This document shows positions 33,310-43,000 of a stretch of 64,000 nucleotides of DNA, piece after piece. The stretch spans positions 1-64,000 of the IMG/VR virus record IMGVR_UViG_3300010362_000015, one strand, 5' to 3'. Origin of the DNA: a virus (taxonomy: Duplodnaviria > Caudoviricetes). Within the stretch, counting starts at the first letter, position 1, and each line of letters opens with the position of its first letter. Below the pieces are notes generated by a model. The model saw only the letters and a program-made list of their open reading frames with translations, had not been told where the DNA came from and did not search any database. A program made the translations under genes and the position numbers.

Positions 33310-33421
33310 ACAATTCTCCTGTCTGCGTTCAGGCCGTGGGAACGGTCGCCGCACCTGCTTGGTTAGTGAGTTAGCAACCCGCCAGGGATTCGCTGTCACT
33401 CAACAAATGCGGAACACCAAA

Positions 33422-33450
33422 AATATAAGCCGACACTTCGAGCGTGTCAA
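33422..33450 (-). promoter_or_regulatory. Near-consensus early promoter with GACAC-N7-GTGTC dyad
   Basis: TTGACA-17-TATATT; inverted repeat at 33432-33448. Confidence 0.75.
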
Positions 33451-34051
33451 GCCATTTAAGTGCCTGAACGCAAAAAACTTAGTTATGTTTTACGAACTAC
33501 TTTTTTCACCAATTAGCAGGTGTTAGTGAAGCCATAACTCACCTGCTTACTATCCAACTTTTTTTCTGAAGTAATGGACCTGATCGCGTGCGGTTTCAAC
33601 GGCGAGCTATGACTGCCAAAAAAGACGTGGCTAGAAGTGCTCAGCAAACAGCCGTGATCGTAGTGGGGGAGGTGGCAATAAAGGTGTGATCGCAGTGGTA
33701 TCGAAAGAGTCGTTGCGACCACCTGTTGCATGGTGGGAATTATCCTATAAAATGCAGAGACAATCACAGGAGAAAATCTGCCTAGATAGAGTTGACTGTA
33801 ACGTATGGTACATGGATCTGTCACAACCATTTCCACAAGGGAAACGCCCGTACCAGAACCACTTGGACTAATGGAATCAGAGGTTTGAATTGTGACTTGC
33901 GTTGTGGGTAATTCGGAACACTGTTACATATATTTCGGCGCAGCCAGGGCAGCCTTTAGCCAGGATTCATACCGGACATCCGGTAGGCCATTAATTATCC
34001 AAAAACGACATGTTGAAGTTGCCGTTTCTGGATAACTGACAAAACCGTAAT

Positions 34052-35059
34052 ATGACTGGATCACAGAACTCCGCGCGCTTTGTTACCGATGACCTGGAGC
34101 AAGCCTGCCGGTATTTCACGGGCGTCTATTGTAACCGCGTCGAGTCTATTGGCCGCAACCGGCATGAGTTCCACGTCACGGCGGAAACGATCCGGCTGGA
34201 ACTGCTCACGGTCCATATCCTGCACGGGACCGGCAGTATGAACTGCACCATCCACAACGATAAGTCGTACACGTTCATTCGCATGGAAGAGGGAGTATTT
34301 GGCCGGAGCTACGATGGCCGTCAGTTCTATGTGCCCGCGGGCCGGGCCATCCTCGTGCCCGAACAGAGTGAGGGACTCATCCAGTGGGAAGGCGACTGCA
34401 ATGGCGTCTCGATACAGATACCCGCCAGCGCGATCCAGCGCAAGGCCGAACGTCTGATCGCGGAGCCGCTCCCCGACCACCGCCGTCTCGAACTCGACGG
34501 GATGTTGAATTTGACGGCCCCCACTCTCCTGGGGCAGGAGCTTGAATTCCTCCTGGAGCAACTGCAGAGCAACGGCTCGCTGTTCGATGACAAGTACCGG
34601 AAGCTGCGCGAGGCGTTTCAGCGGGCCATCATCCAGGCTTTGATCGAGGACACGCCCAACAACTATCAATCGCTACTCGCGCACCGCTATGGCGGCGCGG
34701 CCCGGAGATATGCATCCAAGTTCGACGAGTACATCGAGGAGCATATCGAGCTGCCGGTCGGCATCGTGGACATCGCCGCGACCATCGGCTGCAGTGCGCG
34801 AACCCTGCGGAACGCCTGCTGGCGCGTGTATGACGAGTCGCCGGAAACGCGGCTCAGGCGGAAGCGGCTCCACCGGGCCCATGCGCGCCTCGAAAATCCT
34901 CTGCCCGAAGACACCGTCGATTCGATAGCTCGTGAATCCGGCTTCGTTCATCTGGGCCGGTTTGCACAGCGATACCAACAGGAATTCCAGGGTGAGCTGC
35001 CGCGCGAAACACTGCGCGAAGGACGCCGGAAGCGGGGCATCGTCATCGATAAGGGATGA
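34052..35059 (+). CDS. AraC/XylS family regulator with ligand-binding N-domain
   Basis: C-terminal double HTH (IVDIAATIGCSARTLRNAC..VDSIARESGFVHLGRFAQRYQQEF.GELPRETL). Confidence 0.92.
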   Translation: MTGSQNSARFVTDDLEQACRYFTGVYCNRVESIGRNRHEFHVTAETIRLELLTVHILHGTGSMNCTIHNDKSYTFIRMEEGVFGRSYDGRQFYVPAGRAILVPEQSEGLIQWEGDCNGVSIQIPASAIQRKAERLIAEPLPDHRRLELDGMLNLTAPTLLGQELEFLLEQLQSNGSLFDDKYRKLREAFQRAIIQALIEDTPNNYQSLLAHRYGGAARRYASKFDEYIEEHIELPVGIVDIAATIGCSARTLRNACWRVYDESPETRLRRKRLHRAHARLENPLPEDTVDSIARESGFVHLGRFAQRYQQEFQGELPRETLREGRRKRGIVIDKG

Positions 35060-35425
35060 CTAGCTCGGCTTGGCTTCAACGGGCTGCTTCTGCTCCAACT
35101 CCTGCAGCAGCGGCTCGAACCAATCCAACATTCCCGTCGCCAGCTCGACGCTGTCGCCCAGTTTGATCAGCCGCCGGATCTCGTCGTCACTGAGCGGCAC
35201 CTTGAGCGGAGTCATGCGCGCCGCGGCTGTCTCGTCGAAGAACTGCCCGTTGCCGTTCGGCCCGGGGTGCAGCAGCTGCTTGCGTTCCTCGGAGCCCAGT
35301 CTGATTTTGTTGCGGATGTTATACCAGACTCGCAAGTCTTCGCGCTTGCCCTTCTGCTCGCCCAGTAAGTTCTCCAGCCCGATCCTCTGGATCGCGCTAA
35401 ATTCGATAGAACGTTCTCTCGCCAT
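35060..35425 (-). CDS. Hypothetical protein after the tail fibre (chaperone candidate)
   Basis: Position directly after the fibre gene; MARERS start. Confidence 0.65.
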   Translation of the reverse strand: MARERSIEFSAIQRIGLENLLGEQKGKREDLRVWYNIRNKIRLGSEERKQLLHPGPNGNGQFFDETAAARMTPLKVPLSDDEIRRLIKLGDSVELATGMLDWFEPLLQELEQKQPVEAKPS

Positions 35426-35436
35426 ATGGTTTGATC

Positions 35437-38400
35437 TTACGTCAGATTCTTGAATAACCCACCTACAAAGTGCAAGGTCCCGACACCCGCAATTACGATA
35501 TCCGCGTTTCCGCCGACGAACGAGCCCAGAATGCCGAAATCGCCGCCGAACACATGGCCGGAAGTCTGCACGCTCTGCACCCAGAGCCGGTCGGAGCCCA
35601 CGCATTTGATGCCAGCGATATCCAACTCCTGGCAGGAGACGACGCCCGCGCGGTTGACCTGGAAGTTGACGCCGCCGGAATTCTGGAAGGTGATGCCGGT
35701 CGATGAGGATTGCAGCACGCCGTTGGCGGTGATGTTGTTCCAGGTCGGGCTCGCGCCCGAAGAGACATCCTGGCCGATGTTGATGGTGACTGCAGTTGTA
35801 CCGCTGACGGTGACGCCGGTGCCGCCCAGGATGCTGCTCACCGAAGTGGTAAGACTCACGCTCACCCAGACGCTGCCGTTGAACAGCCAGTAATTGGCGC
35901 CGCCCGCATAGGCGATGCCGCCCACGCCGCCGAACGCCGGAAGGTTGGCGCTGGAGGTGACCTGCGTCATCATGTAGGCCGCGCCGTTCGGATCGGCTGC
36001 CCGGAAATTGCCGTTGTTGAGCAGCACGCCGATGGACCGCGCGTTGTTGGCAGCCGTGTCGGTGGTCTGGCCGGTGATCTCCAGCTGGCCCGCGTGATGC
36101 AGCCACATCTTGGCGTAGCGCGTGAGCTGGCCGTTGGGCGTCACATTGAAGCTGATCTCGGTGCCGTTGGCGGCCAGCGTCCAGCCCTCGCTGGTAACGA
36201 ATGTCATCGAAGCGGTGGCGCTGCCGGTGAACCCGTTGGTGGTGGAGCCGCGCCCGCCCAATGACGCCAGCGTGACGCCGCTCGCCAGATTTTGAAAGTT
36301 TCCGATGCCCGGCGTGCCGGTGTAAGCCGCGCGCCTTCCGATGAAGCCCGTGACGACACTGGTTCCTCCGCTGGTGTCGTAGGCGTCAATCAGAAAAGCG
36401 TTGGTCGCATTCAGCGTGACGAAGAGGCCCGTCACGCCCGTCAGGCCCGACCCCAAATCGGGAGTGAGGGCCGGGAGCACGCAGATCCTTCCCAGCGCGA
36501 CGATGCCGCCTGACGTCTGGATCGTGTTGTAGGCCGTGTTAGTGGCGGTCACCAGATAGCCGCCGGTGGACTGTATGTAGCCGCTCGCCGCGCTAATGGC
36601 CGCCGTGCCCGCCGCCGCATTGACAGTCAGCAGGCGCGATGAATTGTTCCAGCTGAGATTATCGCTGCCCGCGAAGGTTCCCGGGCCGGTGTTGTATTGC
36701 ACGTTGCCCGCGTTGCCGCCCGGGACGCCGCCGGTGGCAGACAAATTCACGGTCGCCCAGCCCGTGCCGTTCCAATAGTAGTAAACAGCTCCGCTCTGCC
36801 AGCTGAGGCCGCCATAACCGTTCGGTGCATCGCTGAGGCCGGTGGTGTTGGCGCGACCGAAGAGATAGACGCCCTGCCCCAGAACCGCGCCGCCGGTGGA
36901 TGCGACGAAGGCCGCTGCACCGTTTACCTGAGAGATGAACGCCGCCGCCGCGGTGACGCCCGCGTTGGTACACAGCGTGTAGGCCGTTACGGGAGTTGTG
37001 GTCCCGTTGCTGGGTGCAGTCCACAGAAGCACGTCTCCGTTATTGGCGATGACGAATGAAGCGTTGTTGAGCGCAACCGGGAAGTTCTTGGCTCCTCCGA
37101 GCACCGGTATGTCGATGTAGCCGCCCTGCGATGCCGACGACGTGATCCCCAGGCCCATCGAGAACAGGCCGCCCGCGGGCGCCTGGATGGCCGTATAGCC
37201 GGTGTTGCTCGTGTAGTAACCGCCGTCGGAATCGATGTAGCCGGTCTGCACCTTGAGGCCGACCGACGGAGCCGGAGTCTTGGCGATGATCGTCATCGCC
37301 TGCGTGGTGTAGTTCCACTTCAGATTTGCGTCGCCGGTGAACGCGCCCGCGGCGTTGCGGTACTGGATGCTCTGATCGCTGCCGCCCGGGGCCAGACCTG
37401 CGACCGCGGTGAAGTCGATGGACTTCCACACCGCCGTATCCAGATACCAATAGGTGCTGCCGCTCTTGTAGGCGAACCCGCCATAACCGGCGCCCCCGGT
37501 GGCCGGGGCGGTGCCGTTGGCCGCCAGAAAGACGGACTTGCCCAGCATTGCGGAGCCCGGCGCGAAGAACGCAGCCGTGCCCCCCTCAGTGGTGATGAAG
37601 CTCGCGGCCGCGCGCACGCCTGCATTGATGCAGAGCGAGGAGCTGGTATTCGGCGTCGCGGTGTTGTTGACGCCCGACGCCCACAGAATCACATCGGTGT
37701 CGGGCAAGCTCGCGTTAGTCAGCGCCACCGGATAAGTGGCCTGCGGAGGCAGGTCGATATAGCCGCCCTTGCCGCCGCTGGTGGCGATGCCCAGCCCTGC
37801 GCAGTTCACGCCGCCGAAGGAAACCTTGACCGCCTGATAACTGCTATTGCTGGTGTAGTAGCCGATGTCCGACTCGACATAGCCAGCCTGGATCTTGAGC
37901 GCGAGGTTGGGCACCGGCGGCGTACCGGCGGCGGGCTTGGCGATGATCGTCATGACCTGATTGCCGTAGTCCCATTTCAAGTTGCCGTCGCCCTGAAAAG
38001 ATCCCCACGCAGGCGGCTCCTTGCGATATTGGATGGACTGATCGAAACCGCCCGGTGGGCTGGCCTGAGCCGCGGCGTTGAAGTCGATGATCTTCCATGC
38101 GCCCGCGCCCGCGGCGTCCCAATACCAGTAACTCGATCCGGCCTGGAATCCGAGCGCGCCGTAACCCGCAGGCGAGAGGTTCAAGCCATTGGCATTGCCG
38201 CTGTTGGCGTGACCTTTCAAATACACACCCATGCCCAGCGTTGCGCCGCCAGCATCCGATTGGAACGCCGCGACGCCGGTGTTGGCGCTGAGAAACGAGG
38301 CCTGCGACCGGATGCCTGCATTGCAGCAGAGTGCATAGGTCGTGATCGTGGTGTTGGTGCCGAGCGCCTGCGCCGACCATAGCAATATGTGGTCTGTGCC

Positions 38401-40014
38401 GAATGTGGCGGGCGGCAGACATATGGCGGTGTTACTCAAGCTATTGGGCGGAATGTCGATGTAGCCGCCAGCCCCGGCCGCGGTAGTAGTAATTCCGAGA
38501 GCGCAGGCGAACACGCCGCCCTTGGTCGCCTGGATGGCGTTGTAGTCGGTGTCGGTGGTGAGATAGCCGCCGTCTGCATCCACATAGCCGGAAATCACCT
38601 TGAGCCCGAGCGGAGCCCCTGTCTTGGCAGTGACGCGCAATACCTGATTGCCGTAGTCCCATTTCAAGTTGCCGTCGCCCTGAAACACGCCCGCGGTCGG
38701 AGGCTCCTGGCGGAACTGGATGCTCTGGTCGAAGCCGCCGGGATTGGTCGCGCCGCCGATGGGTACGCCGTTCACCCGATAGACGCCCGTCACATTGACG
38801 TCGCCGGTGATGTCGAGCGGATAGGCCGGATTAGCGCCGTTCAGCCCGATGTAGCCGTTCGAGCGTTTGACAAAGATCGGTTGGCCTAAGTAAGCGCCGG
38901 TGTTGTCGTAGCGACCGAGCACCCAGTCGGAGCCGCCAGCAGGCGCGGATTCCGCGGTCGGCGTCTTGCCCCAGAACCAGCGCGGTGAGCCGCCCTGATA
39001 GGCATAGTAGTAACCCTGATTCGAGTTGATCGCCGAGCCCTTCACTTGAACCGATGCGCACTGCACGCCGCCGCTGCCCGATACCGACAGATAGTCGGTC
39101 GTAAACACGATGCCGTAGCCTGCCAGCGTGTTGACCTCCAGCCCCTGGTCCGCATTGAAGATCGTCTCGCCCGTGCCGCGGATGAACGAGGCCTGTGTGC
39201 GGAGGAAGGTGCCGTCGTCTTTGTACGCGAAGAGATGCAGGTCGCTGCCGGTGTTGTTGACGCCCGACTCTGCGCCGACCTGCGCCAGCGCCCAGCGCAG
39301 GTTGCCGAGGTTGTACCAGACCACCTCGTAGGGCAGCATGGCGAGCGTCTGCTCGTGGCCCGCCGTGCCGTCGCCCGCCACCGTCACCAGCGTGGCGTTG
39401 TGCAGGTTGTGCTGCGCAGCGTCCACGTCGGTGAGCCAGGGGGTCTGCGATCCGCCGCCGCCGCCTGAGACATTCGTGGCTCCGGCTCCCGAACCGTGTA
39501 TGACTATCCAGACGCGGCTGCCGTCCTGCGGCGCGACGAGCGTGACCGGATGGCTGTCGGCCAGTACCATCGAAGTGCCGCCGCCGGGAAAGTGGTCGAA
39601 GTTTCCGCCGGTGTCCTGGGCCGCCAGGATCTTGACGTAATTCCCGTCGGCGGTGCTCTTGTGGACGATGGTCTTCTTGTTGGGCTGGTCGCTGATCAGC
39701 AGCAGCTGATAACTCACCGAGCCCGGCAGTGTGACGGCAGTGCCGCTGTTGTGCGGAGTCGCGCTGGCCGCGCGCACCACGATGGCGTCGGTGGCCGTAT
39801 GGGATTGTACGAGCACCTGCTCGGAAGGATCGGTCCCGTCGTCGGCGATGGTGAGGTAGGTGCCGTCCACCACGTTGCTCGTATCGGCCAGAGGGATGTC
39901 GGTGACCGTAGCATTGATATTCGAGGTCAGCGTCGTCGCAGCCGGGGTCGAGCCCGCCGGAGGACTGCCGGTGTCGATCTGGACGATGCCGTGCCGGATC
40001 TTCTGGAGGCCCAT
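35437..40014 (-). CDS. Long tail fibre / receptor-binding protein
   Basis: 1525 aa, Gly/Ala/Thr-rich, four GG.DQSIQY..LKW modules, downstream of the tail tip gene. Confidence 0.85.
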   Translation of the reverse strand: MGLQKIRHGIVQIDTGSPPAGSTPAATTLTSNINATVTDIPLADTSNVVDGTYLTIADDGTDPSEQVLVQSHTATDAIVVRAASATPHNSGTAVTLPGSVSYQLLLISDQPNKKTIVHKSTADGNYVKILAAQDTGGNFDHFPGGGTSMVLADSHPVTLVAPQDGSRVWIVIHGSGAGATNVSGGGGGSQTPWLTDVDAAQHNLHNATLVTVAGDGTAGHEQTLAMLPYEVVWYNLGNLRWALAQVGAESGVNNTGSDLHLFAYKDDGTFLRTQASFIRGTGETIFNADQGLEVNTLAGYGIVFTTDYLSVSGSGGVQCASVQVKGSAINSNQGYYYAYQGGSPRWFWGKTPTAESAPAGGSDWVLGRYDNTGAYLGQPIFVKRSNGYIGLNGANPAYPLDITGDVNVTGVYRVNGVPIGGATNPGGFDQSIQFRQEPPTAGVFQGDGNLKWDYGNQVLRVTAKTGAPLGLKVISGYVDADGGYLTTDTDYNAIQATKGGVFACALGITTTAAGAGGYIDIPPNSLSNTAICLPPATFGTDHILLWSAQALGTNTTITTYALCCNAGIRSQASFLSANTGVAAFQSDAGGATLGMGVYLKGHANSGNANGLNLSPAGYGALGFQAGSSYWYWDAAGAGAWKIIDFNAAAQASPPGGFDQSIQYRKEPPAWGSFQGDGNLKWDYGNQVMTIIAKPAAGTPPVPNLALKIQAGYVESDIGYYTSNSSYQAVKVSFGGVNCAGLGIATSGGKGGYIDLPPQATYPVALTNASLPDTDVILWASGVNNTATPNTSSSLCINAGVRAAASFITTEGGTAAFFAPGSAMLGKSVFLAANGTAPATGGAGYGGFAYKSGSTYWYLDTAVWKSIDFTAVAGLAPGGSDQSIQYRNAAGAFTGDANLKWNYTTQAMTIIAKTPAPSVGLKVQTGYIDSDGGYYTSNTGYTAIQAPAGGLFSMGLGITSSASQGGYIDIPVLGGAKNFPVALNNASFVIANNGDVLLWTAPSNGTTTPVTAYTLCTNAGVTAAAAFISQVNGAAAFVASTGGAVLGQGVYLFGRANTTGLSDAPNGYGGLSWQSGAVYYYWNGTGWATVNLSATGGVPGGNAGNVQYNTGPGTFAGSDNLSWNNSSRLLTVNAAAGTAAISAASGYIQSTGGYLVTATNTAYNTIQTSGGIVALGRICVLPALTPDLGSGLTGVTGLFVTLNATNAFLIDAYDTSGGTSVVTGFIGRRAAYTGTPGIGNFQNLASGVTLASLGGRGSTTNGFTGSATASMTFVTSEGWTLAANGTEISFNVTPNGQLTRYAKMWLHHAGQLEITGQTTDTAANNARSIGVLLNNGNFRAADPNGAAYMMTQVTSSANLPAFGGVGGIAYAGGANYWLFNGSVWVSVSLTTSVSSILGGTGVTVSGTTAVTINIGQDVSSGASPTWNNITANGVLQSSSTGITFQNSGGVNFQVNRAGVVSCQELDIAGIKCVGSDRLWVQSVQTSGHVFGGDFGILGSFVGGNADIVIAGVGTLHFVGGLFKNLT
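37955..38685. repeat. Identical 44-bp direct repeat within the tail fibre gene
   Basis: ACCTGATTGCCGTAGTCCCATTTCAAGTTGCCGTCGCCCTGAAA at 37955-37998 and 38642-38685. Confidence 0.9.
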
Positions 40015-40025
40015 AGTGTTCTCCT

Positions 40026-43000
40026 TCAGCTGGTGATTACGACAGTGCCCTGCGCGCCGGTGATGTAGATCATGCGCAGCGGCTCGTTGGGGAATCCCGC
40101 CTCGACGCCGTCCTGGTCCGCGGTCACGCCGCCGATCAACAGCGGCAGCTGGTTGTAGTTGTTGACGGTGATCTCTATCGAGGTCGTCTTGGTGGGGTCC
40201 GCATTGTTCACGCGCACCTGATTCTGGACCTCCCAGTCGGCGTGCGCCACGATCCAGAAGCTGGTCGCATCGATGGGCAGCGGCTGGTCGAGCGTGTAGT
40301 CGGTCGCGGTGTTCGAAACGATCTTGGCTGACATGCCGCGGGACTTACCCTGGATCACGATCACCATGTTGCCGATGCGATTGGGATCGTTGGGCGTCTC
40401 GCCCGCGTGCGGCGTCGGGTTGGTGGCGTTGGCGATGCCCGGGTCGCCGATCACATAAGGGTTGGCGGAATTGTCGTAGCCCTTGAACATGACTGCGAAG
40501 ACGTCGCCCACCTGCACGCCTGACAGGACCGGATCGCGGTCCAGCAGATACTCGCCGGTCGAAGGCACAAAATTGTTGATCATGAAATGCGCGAAGGGCG
40601 CCTTGCCCGGCGGATCGCCGCGGCCGATGATGGCCAGTGCGCGGCCGTTCCAGTTGTCGGTGCCGAGCGAATCGATGGTCGCGTAGCTGGTGATGATGGT
40701 GCCTGCGATTTTGTCGATGCCCGCGCCGACCGGCCCGCCGTGGATCAGGCGGCGGCCCTTCAGGTTGAGATAACCCATATCCGGGTCAGGCACTGCGTAG
40801 GTCGAGCGCTTGGGAACCGCGGTCACAGTGATGGCCGTCGGCGTGTAGCCGCTCGCGCCGCCGGTGAGTGAGCCGGTGAGCTGACCGCACACCAGATCCG
40901 GCTGATCGCTGAAGAACACTACATAGCCGGTGAGCCCGTCGATGGGCGGCCAGTGAATGTCCTGGATCGTGAACTGGTTGGTGTTGGTCCCGTTGGGCAC
41001 CTGGATGATCAGCACCTCGCTCGGCGGCGAGTAGCGGCCCTTGGCGTCGGTGGCGCAGATCTGCACGTAGTATGTCGCGCCGCCCGGCAGCGTCCCGCCG
41101 GTAGTCGAGCGGGTTACTTCGCCCACTTTGACATCCACCGCACCGCAATTGGGGATGAACTGATTGACCGGCAACCGGCCGGAGGCGACGACTTTGGGAA
41201 TCGGGCTGCCGTCGGTGGCGAACTCGTAGACCTGCGAGAGGTCGAAGGTCCACTCGTTGGGGAAGACCGCGTCGGCCGCGTTGGCCTGCACCTGATAGGG
41301 CGCCCACTGAGGAAGAGCCATGGGGTAATACATCACCGGCAGGGGCTGCTGCACTGCGCCGGTGGGCTGCGGCCCGACCTCGGTGTCGTACATCGAATCG
41401 ACCACGGAGTCGGCGACGATGGTGACGCTCCAGTCCGAGTGCAGCATCCACTTCTGAATGCGGAAGGGCCAAGTATTCGCCGGGAATGGTCCGTTCGAAC
41501 CGGGCCGCGAACCGGCGTGCGCGCCCGGGTAGGTCGGCACATCGGGATGCTGGATCGAGATCACCTGCCCGACTTCGGTCGAGAGCGCCAGCAGCGTCGA
41601 GCGAAAGGTCGCGCGCTTGTGGTTGTCCCACTCGATGTAGGGATTCGCGAGATCGGTGCGCATGATGCCGCCGATCTCCTCGCGCGTGCGCGAGACGGCC
41701 ACGCGCAGGCCTTGCGAGAGCGAGGGGCAGCCCACCGAGCGCATGCTGGAGGTCAGCGGGCAGCCGCCGCGCCCGTAGTAGAGTGCGTGATCCTTGTCCT
41801 GATACTCGGCCAAGTCCTGCTGGTATTGCAGCTCCATGTTGGCGAAGCTGACCTTCAGGTATTCGAACTTGGCCGGGATCGGCGTGAGCGCGAGCGACTG
41901 ATAGAGCATCGAGCCGAGGCCGAAGGTGTCGGTCGGCACCGCGGAATAGCGGATACCCAGCTTGAGTGCGCCGAACTCGAAGCAGTAGTAACCCATCGCG
42001 CAGTTCAGAATTTCCTGCAACCAGTCGCGAAACGGTTTGAATTCCGCGATGGTCCCCTGGAACATGAACTGCGGCTCCTGGCCGCCCGCGGCGGTCTGCG
42101 TGATGTAACCGGCGGCGATGGCCTGATCGATGGTCCTGGTGATCACGGTGGAGCCGGAGAGATAGGTGAAGGTGCCGTTCCAGTAATCGAGGTTGGGCTG
42201 TGTGAGCGCTTGGCCCGCCGACGTGAGTGCATAGGACGGGATCGGCGTTCCGACAATCGGCGGAACGAAGATCGCCGCGATATCGGCGCAGCCGGTGCCC
42301 GATGCGTTGGTGATCGAGTTGAGGACCAGATAGCTGACCTGCGTGGCTGCGTCGGCCTGATCGATGGCCAGCGCGCGGAAGTAGCAATTGGCTGCGACCC
42401 AGAAGGGATTGATGACTCCCGGCACCAGCGTGCGGTTGCCGCTCGCATCGAACGTCGCGCCGGTCAGGCCCTTGGCGATGGGCACCTGCATGTTGTGCGA
42501 TTCGGCGGTGGTCGGCGAGACGCCGCCTCCGGCGCTCTTGGTGTAGCGCATCTCGCACAGCGCCGTGCCCGCAGCGTAAGGGATGACGCGCTTGGAAACT
42601 CCGGGGATGTTCGACCAGTTGGCGTCGGGCTCGGACCAGTTCTGCGGCGTGCCAGCGCCCAACGAAAAGGCGTCCGCGCCGTCGGTCGGGGCAGTGCCCA
42701 GGTGCGCCGGGTCGTTGCCCGATGACTGACGCAGGCCCACGCCGGGCAGGTACATCGAGAAGTTGAGCTGCGTGTTGACCTTGAATCCCTGCGGGTAGAA
42801 TCCGTCCGCGGTGGGCGAGACGACGAACTTATAGCCGTCGGCGTTGGTCTGAATTGACGAGCCCTCGAACCCTCCGAGCGGGCCCGCGCCGATGATGCCG
42901 AGGATGTCCTCGAAGTCCGACTCGTCGCGCACCGCGGCGATCAGGCAGTTGGCCCAGAATGCGCGCTGCGCCGTGCCGCCGTGATTGCACCAGATCTCGG

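Noticed and set aside
33513-33836. 107-aa minus-strand ORF as a hidden CI repressor
   Set aside because: No HTH or S24 signature, atypical composition and no SD.
37955-38685. Diversity-generating retroelement TR/VR pair in the tail fibre
   Set aside because: The repeats are identical with no adenine-specific mismatches, are internal and short, and no reverse transcriptase is present.
40786-42725. 590-aa alternative-frame ORFs (40786-42558 minus, 40953-42725 plus)
   Set aside because: Shadow frames of the high-GC tail tip gene, with no protein-like motifs.
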